Positions 59,061 through 64,000 of a stretch of DNA of 64,000 bases are shown here, piece after piece. The translations under genes and the position numbers were made by a program. The stretch lies in NCBI RefSeq assembly GCF_052425735.1, contig NC_135768.1, positions 23,870,001-23,934,000 of the forward strand. The letters are read 5' to 3'. The notes below the pieces were generated by a model that did no database searches, was not told the origin of the DNA, and worked only from the letters and a program-made list of their open reading frames with translations. Source of the stretch: Oculina patagonica. Lineage: Eukaryota. The stretch's first letter is position 1, and every line of letters begins with the position of its first letter.

Positions 59061-62000
59061 TTATTTGCCACTTTTGAAATTAATAAGTACAAAATAGCTT
59101 AAGTAGATAGGGCGAGGAGACCTCCAGGAAACCACCAGGCTTATAGGGGGGTACCCAAATTACCCAACTAATGTAACAAAGGTCACGAGTTTGCCTCCTG
59201 TTTAGGAGAATGGGTAACTTACTCCAATGAAGCTATGATATCGTTCTCAACTAGTTAGTCACTATAACTTCCTCCCCTCATCCGTGGACCCTCTCCGATT
59301 TTTAATCAATTTTTCACAGCTTAGATTTGATTGATCAGGCTCTTTTCAAAACATCTTGTTGATCAAAAACTATTATAAAGAAAATACAGTAGAAACGTTT
59401 TATAATAAGTGTTGACTTAAAACAGAAATGTCTGTTATATGGGAAGAACACTGCAGCTTGGGGTGTATAATTTATGTGGTAAAATTGTGGAAACCACAAG
59501 CATTTTTTGTAAACATCAGAAAACACATATTGCCACTGATTTATCTGCAAGTTTTTTATTATTATTGTTATTCTTGTAAAATATTGTATTATATCGTATT
59601 TGTAATTTTAGAAACAGATTTTAAATTATTTATTCTCATTTTTTCCTTCTAATTTTTAGTATAGTAAACTATTGCATTTTTAATTGTACATTGTATATTT
59701 TAATATATTGTAAAGTAGAAGAGTGTCGCCAATTTGCTTCTTTTAGCTAAATACTAAGCAATTTGTTTGTTCGCTTACAACAATTAAGTTTCTGTAAAAT
59801 GACTTCAGAAGCCCTTCCTTAGCTCCACCTTGCTTTATACCAACTGATTGCTAAGTAGTGATGTCACTTTAATTTATATGTACAGGGCAAGTTTGGACCT
59901 GATGCCTTGAGTGAAGTTAATGGGATGATAAGTGATATTAATCTTACAGACAAGACAAACACACAGTCATCCAAACTATCTGGTGGAATGAAAAGAAAAT
60001 TAAGGTATGACATTGCTGATTCACTGTAAGTTACTAAGTAAACACAAGTAAACGGCTGTTATTGAGAGTCTTTCTCAGCTCATTTGCTTCATTTTGGGTC
60101 CTTTAAGAAATCTTACTCTGCTGGAACATGTTACTGTGAAATATAAAATCAACAATTTAGAACCAATATTTCATTGTTAACGACTGGCTTTAAATATCTG
60201 CATTTTGGACTTTAGTTACCTGCAAGCTGCCTTGTTGGAATTGATGACCTCACATGGTTGCCCTTTTGCATTAAAATGAAAGCCCTTACTTGCTCTACAA
60301 GATTACACAACTTTTGCTTTATGACGTCATATGGCGCCATTAGATCCGCCATTTTTGATTTCACTATTTTCTTAAAAAAAATAAAGTAGTGGAAATTGAT
60401 ACAAAATCAGGCGAACATGCTTATGTGATGTAAAAAGATACGAATTTGGCTGTTGCTTAAGAAAACTGAAACAATTGCAGAAAGGCAAAACAGTCGATAT
60501 TTGGCCAACTACCTGCATGTTATTATGTGGTGTCCATGTTCTGTCCCCTTAGAACTGACATGACATATCAAAATTTCCGGGAGGGAGGAATGAACAAGAA
60601 CTGAAATTTTCAGCATGAAAAATTAAATCCCCTTTTTCAAATTTGAAAAAACCCTGAAGTTAAAAATCAAAATGGTTGATATTTGTATCCAATTATCTGT
60701 ACTCTTGAGTGGTTTTCCAATTTAATTCAAAACATTCCAGTTAAGAAACTGTTTCAACATTGTAACAGGCAATGTGTTTAAACGGTGGAGGTTTCCTTAG
60801 ATAGACATATATACTAGCTATATTAATATACTACTTAATAGTGTGAAGTCGATACTCCACTGCATGAATAGCGTACCCATTGGTTAACGCCCATTGATCA
60901 TTTTGTTTCCAGTTGTGCCATTGCACTCATTGGAGGATCAGAAATTGTTTTCTTGGATGAGCCCACCTCAGGGATGGACCCATATGCCAGAAGAGGAACG
61001 TGGGACCTGCTGCTGAAGCACAAAGCTGGAAGAACTATCATCCTGACCACTCATTTCATGTAAGGTTATTTTGGTTAAGAATATTAACATCAAATAGCCT
61101 TTAGGAAGGAAATTATAACTTTGTCTAACATGAAGAATGTCATGAGCTAAACATTATTTTTGTTATTGAAATGTGCATCAATTGAAGAAAAGAACTCTTT
61201 GTTAATTCACCAGCCAGTGGTTCTCTGGTTGTCACATTTTAAAATAGCAAAAGGTAACATCACTCATACATGTTCATGCATTGTTAACTATTATGTCTTC
61301 AAGTTAGGTCACAGAAAACCCTTAATAACCTACATGTAGCTTGTTGAGACAGTCAAAATCTCTGTACCCATCATTTGCAGGGACGAAGCAGACTTACTTG
61401 GAGATCGTATTGCAATCATGGCTGATGGACAATTACGTTGCTGTGGCAGCTCTCTGTTTCTAAAGAGCAGGTAAGGCAAAAGTCAATAATTATAAAGTTG
61501 AGTGGTTTGAACCCAGAAGTATCAATATCAGTTTCGGTTTATGCAGTGTGGTGTCTGGGGTGAAAGTGGGTCTAAATCGAACTGTTGTTGGTGACTGAAC
61601 GTTCGTCGACATTGGTGCAAATCATATTCAGAGTCAAGAGAATATGAGTGTTTGTCAGTCGATTATGTTACAATTCTGGTCATTTATAAATGATCGGTTA
61701 GTTAGCCGTGATGTTATTGGCTGGATGACTTTTGTAAAGATCCTCAACAGTGATTTGTCAGTCTATGTTTGTTTTTTGGTAGTCAATTAAAGCCGTTTAG
61801 TTTGAGATCCATCGTCGTTTTGTTGCAAAATGTTCCTAGTTAACTGTGCCCGAAGTTGCTGATACAAGTGAAACTTGATTATAGTTCTAGGACTTAAACC
61901 AAAAAACTGTGTAAGAAACATTCATCCTTAGCATTTTTATATAGTTCACAATACACCCATTGGGATCTTTTTTTACAGGTATGGTGTTGGATACCATTTG

Positions 62001-63794
62001 ACGCTGGTTAAAAAGGAAAGCTATGACCAAGAGGCCATTGCAAACCTGGTTAAACAGCATGTGCCAACGGCAGAAATTATCAGTTCCGTTGGTGCAGAAA
62101 TCCAGTTTGTTCTTAGTAGTGAAAGCTCGCAAAACTTTGAGGCTCTCTTCTTTGAGTTGGAAAGTAAGTTAAATAGTGGCGAATGTTTCAATTTAACTGG
62201 CCGGCTATAAGCTAGTCTACATTATTCTCTACATTGATGTTCTAGACCTTTCTCATGCTCTCTATTTATTAATATTTTGTTTGTGTTAATTGCCCTCAAG
62301 ACCTCAAATTCTTTTCGTATTTTGAACATGGTAACAAAGCTTGGAAGACCTTGGAAGTTAGATTTAGCATGAACGCAAAAGAATAACAAGAGGCTGTGAA
62401 AGGTCTATTAAGATAGCATGAGTTGTTATTCGGGGAAATGTTGGTCAAACTCGTTTTATTGCAAGTTTCTGGGCTGAATTGAAGGGGACGTCCATATACG
62501 TGCATAAATGACATAAATGGGCGAGGGATGCAATGATCATTGCTACACTTATTAATATTTAGAAAGTTAACGCACCAAAACATTTTTGAATATTTTGATG
62601 CTGACAAATAAAACACTCATCTTCATTGTAACCCTTCATTGTGCCCCTGGCACAATTGAAAGGCTCTTTTTTGCTACGCACCTTCAATATTACCTTGTTT
62701 GTACGCCAATATGTGAACTATTTGTTATGCAGATAAAATGGAGCAATATGGAATAACAAGTTTTGGCGTTTCGGTGACAACTCTTGAAGAGGTTTTCATG
62801 AAAGTTGGAGAAGGCGCTGAGAAAACTCTGCAGGACCTGTAAGTATCATTTGAACACTCAATGACTTCTACACTTAGTTATCCTTTACATGGTGCTGAGA
62901 AAACTCTGCAGGAACTGTAAGTATCATTTGAACACTCAATGACTTCTACACTTAGTTATCCTTTACATGGTGCTGAGAAAACTCTGCAGGACCTGTAAGT
63001 ATCATTTGAACACTCAATGACTTCTACACTTAGTTATCCTTTACATGTATCAAAAACGTCACGCAACATTTGCAAAATAACTATGATTTGCAAAGTTTAA
63101 TTTGCATGAAATAAAACTGAATAATAACTCCTTTCAAGGGACACAAAACTTAGACAAAAGGAACTTGGAAATGGCCTGTTGTTAGCTAATCAAAAACGTC
63201 TCGCAACATTTGCAAAATAACTCTTTCACCTATAAATTAACTCACTTATGGAACCAGCTCCCTTCTTACATTAAACAATCTTATAACATGAGAGACTTTC
63301 AAAATAATTTAAAAACATTTGACTTTTTTAACTTAAAGACTAGTTGCAAATGTAACTATTGTATCTCATAGATTGAAGCGACTTATTTTTAGCATAATTA
63401 TCATTTTTCTAGATTTAAATCCTGGGTGTAACAATTAGTGTGGGTGGGTTAAAGCATTTTTACATTTTACTATTTTTACTCATAAGATATTGTTATCTAC
63501 CTTTTTTTTAATGTTTAATTATTTTTATTATTTTGTACTTATACCAGTTCCCATTGTTTTATAATGTATTTTAATTATTGTCATGCGCTTTTTACATGAG
63601 CCTCTGGCTCGGATAAAGAGGGCAACCTCATCCCTTGCCATAACTTAAATAAATTGATTGATTGGTTGATTGATTGATTGATCATACTGCTGAAGATATC
63701 TCTTGCTTCTTCAGGGCTGTTGATCAAGAGCATCACAGTCACGCAACAGCTACAAACATCTCAGCACCTGGAGCTGATCAACATTCAATTGGAG
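41978..63794 (+). CDS. ABC transporter subfamily A (ABCA3-like), first 22 coding exons, incomplete at window end
   Basis: Exons: 41978-42034, 42699-42775, 43644-43678, 44712-44801, 45568-45694 (3' end least certain), 46684-46827, 49218-49320, 53159-53269, 54420-54563, 54958-55049, 55214-55327, 56092-56292, 56828-56924, 57193-57213, 57864-58001, 58590-58871, 59886-60004, 60913-61059, 61381-61470, 61979-62163, 62733-62838, 63715-63794. All GT-AG and phase-compatible. Motifs [76 protein letters not shown]. Confidence 0.93.
42316..42690 (+). mobile_element. tRNA-derived V-SINE-like element
   Basis: A/B-box-like head (GTGGTGAG...GTTCGATTC), V-domain-like GGGTTTTTCCGAGTTCTCCGGTTTTCCTCCC, (ATTT)n tail. 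Confidence 0.75.
45078..45360 (-). mobile_element. Near full-length tRNA-derived SINE
   Basis: Same head and central domain as 32280-32438, same tail as 41053-41410. Confidence 0.85.
46917..47408. mobile_element. ~490-bp non-coding element with hairpin plus internal complementary region (third family)
   Basis: IR ~46924-47000/47005-47079, second IR 47081-47096/47386-47401. Confidence 0.7.
47492..48816. mobile_element. Probable non-autonomous DNA element with GTATAC-rich subterminal repeats
   Basis: Clusters of GTATAC/TATACA at ~47510-47720 and ~48500-48800. CCC..GGG ends are weak and the boundaries approximate. Confidence 0.4.
48867..49170. mobile_element. 304-bp element, copy 2
   Basis: Collinear with 10011-10314, same orientation. 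Confidence 0.85.
49440..49732 (+). mobile_element. L2-like LINE 3'UTR with (TAT)n tail
   Basis: TGTAATGCGCATTTGAAC...TTTGCGCAC..AAAT stem-loop followed by an (ATT)n tail. Confidence 0.55.
50201..52307. mobile_element. 2.1-kb TIR element with TA TSD (Tc1/mariner-like) and a decayed HTH-like remnant
   Basis: 27-bp TIR CAGTACCGCCTGAAATCATATGCACAT, TA on both sides. Minus-strand fragment [38 protein letters not shown] (51167-51367). Confidence 0.85.
52456..53034. mobile_element. Kolobok-like non-autonomous element
   Basis: TIR GGTGGCTCGTAATGGTTTAG/CTAAACTATTATGAGCCACC flanked by TCAA/TTAA. Confidence 0.75.
55299..55575 (+). repeat. 41-bp minisatellite (~6.7 copies) spanning the ABCA exon 11 donor
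   Basis: Unit GACAACAAGAAATACAGAGCATTAACCAG|GTAAGACAGACA, donors every 41 bp from 55327 to 55573. Confidence 0.95.
58270..58503 (+). mobile_element. LINE 3'UTR remnant with (GTT)n tail
   Basis: AATAAA followed by ~10 GTT units. AT-rich UTR, left boundary approximate. Confidence 0.5.
58985..59060. repeat. (CAT)n microsatellite, ~25 units, probably the tail of a minus-strand retroposon end at 59060-59150
   Basis: Read directly from sequence. Confidence 0.9.
61530..61920 (-). mobile_element. Highly decayed Penelope-like terminal repeat with a mutated hammerhead
   Basis: Minus strand TGACT-CTGAATA-TGAT...GTC-GACGAACGTTC-AGTCA at ~61592-61636. Helix I retained, core mutated. Confidence 0.5.
62816..63047 (+). 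repeat. 78-bp tandem triplication spanning the ABCA exon 21 donor
   Basis: Units start at 62816, 62894 and 62972, each with GA(C/A)CT|GTAAGT. Confidence 0.95.
63215..63682 (+). mobile_element. CR1-group LINE 3' end with (GATT)n tail
   Basis: [15 protein letters not shown]...[23 protein letters not shown] hairpin, AATAAA and a tetramer tail. Confidence 0.75.
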
Positions 63795-64000
63795 GTATTT
63801 CAATTATATGACACTCAGAATTCCAGTTTGTTAGAAATCTAATACACTTTGCCAGCTCTAATAAACGCGAGAACTTTACTAGAAAAGTACCTGGACAATA
63901 TATGATAAGTGGTGACTTGGATTAAAGTGAAAATAAGTGGAGAAGTGGTTGCAAGTCAAATACTCGGAAAAAAGATTTTCCGAGTTCCCCAACAGGAGTC

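Overview
Eukaryotic, AT-rich, intron-containing animal genomic DNA. The receptor types and repeat families suggest an anthozoan such as a stony coral (inference). Host genes: (1) four intronless class-A GPCRs, two forming a recent inverted duplication, one of which is pseudogenised; (2) two tandem paralogous C2H2 zinc-finger genes on the minus strand, one split by a 330-bp insertion; (3) a complete 4-exon gene for a secreted PAN/EGF/fibrinogen-domain protein; (4) the first 22 coding exons of an ABCA (ABCA3-like) transporter that runs off the right edge. The rest is dense with mobile DNA: a decayed Penelope-like element, several minimal hammerhead ribozyme motifs, LINE tails, tRNA-derived SINEs and many MITEs. 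Most notable observations: several unrelated short non-coding elements share one architecture, a long hairpin plus an internal inverted copy of their own joined termini (DIRS ICR-like), with no ordinary TSD; both ZNFs end in a conserved eh1-like plus SUMO-consensus module; a TIR element with a 9-bp TSD carries an OTU-protease remnant; an inverted Penelope-LTR insertion carries an intact hammerhead; and two independent tandem repeats multiply 5' splice sites in the ABCA gene. No prokaryotic features or CRISPR arrays. All coordinates and translations were worked out by hand and no database searches were run.
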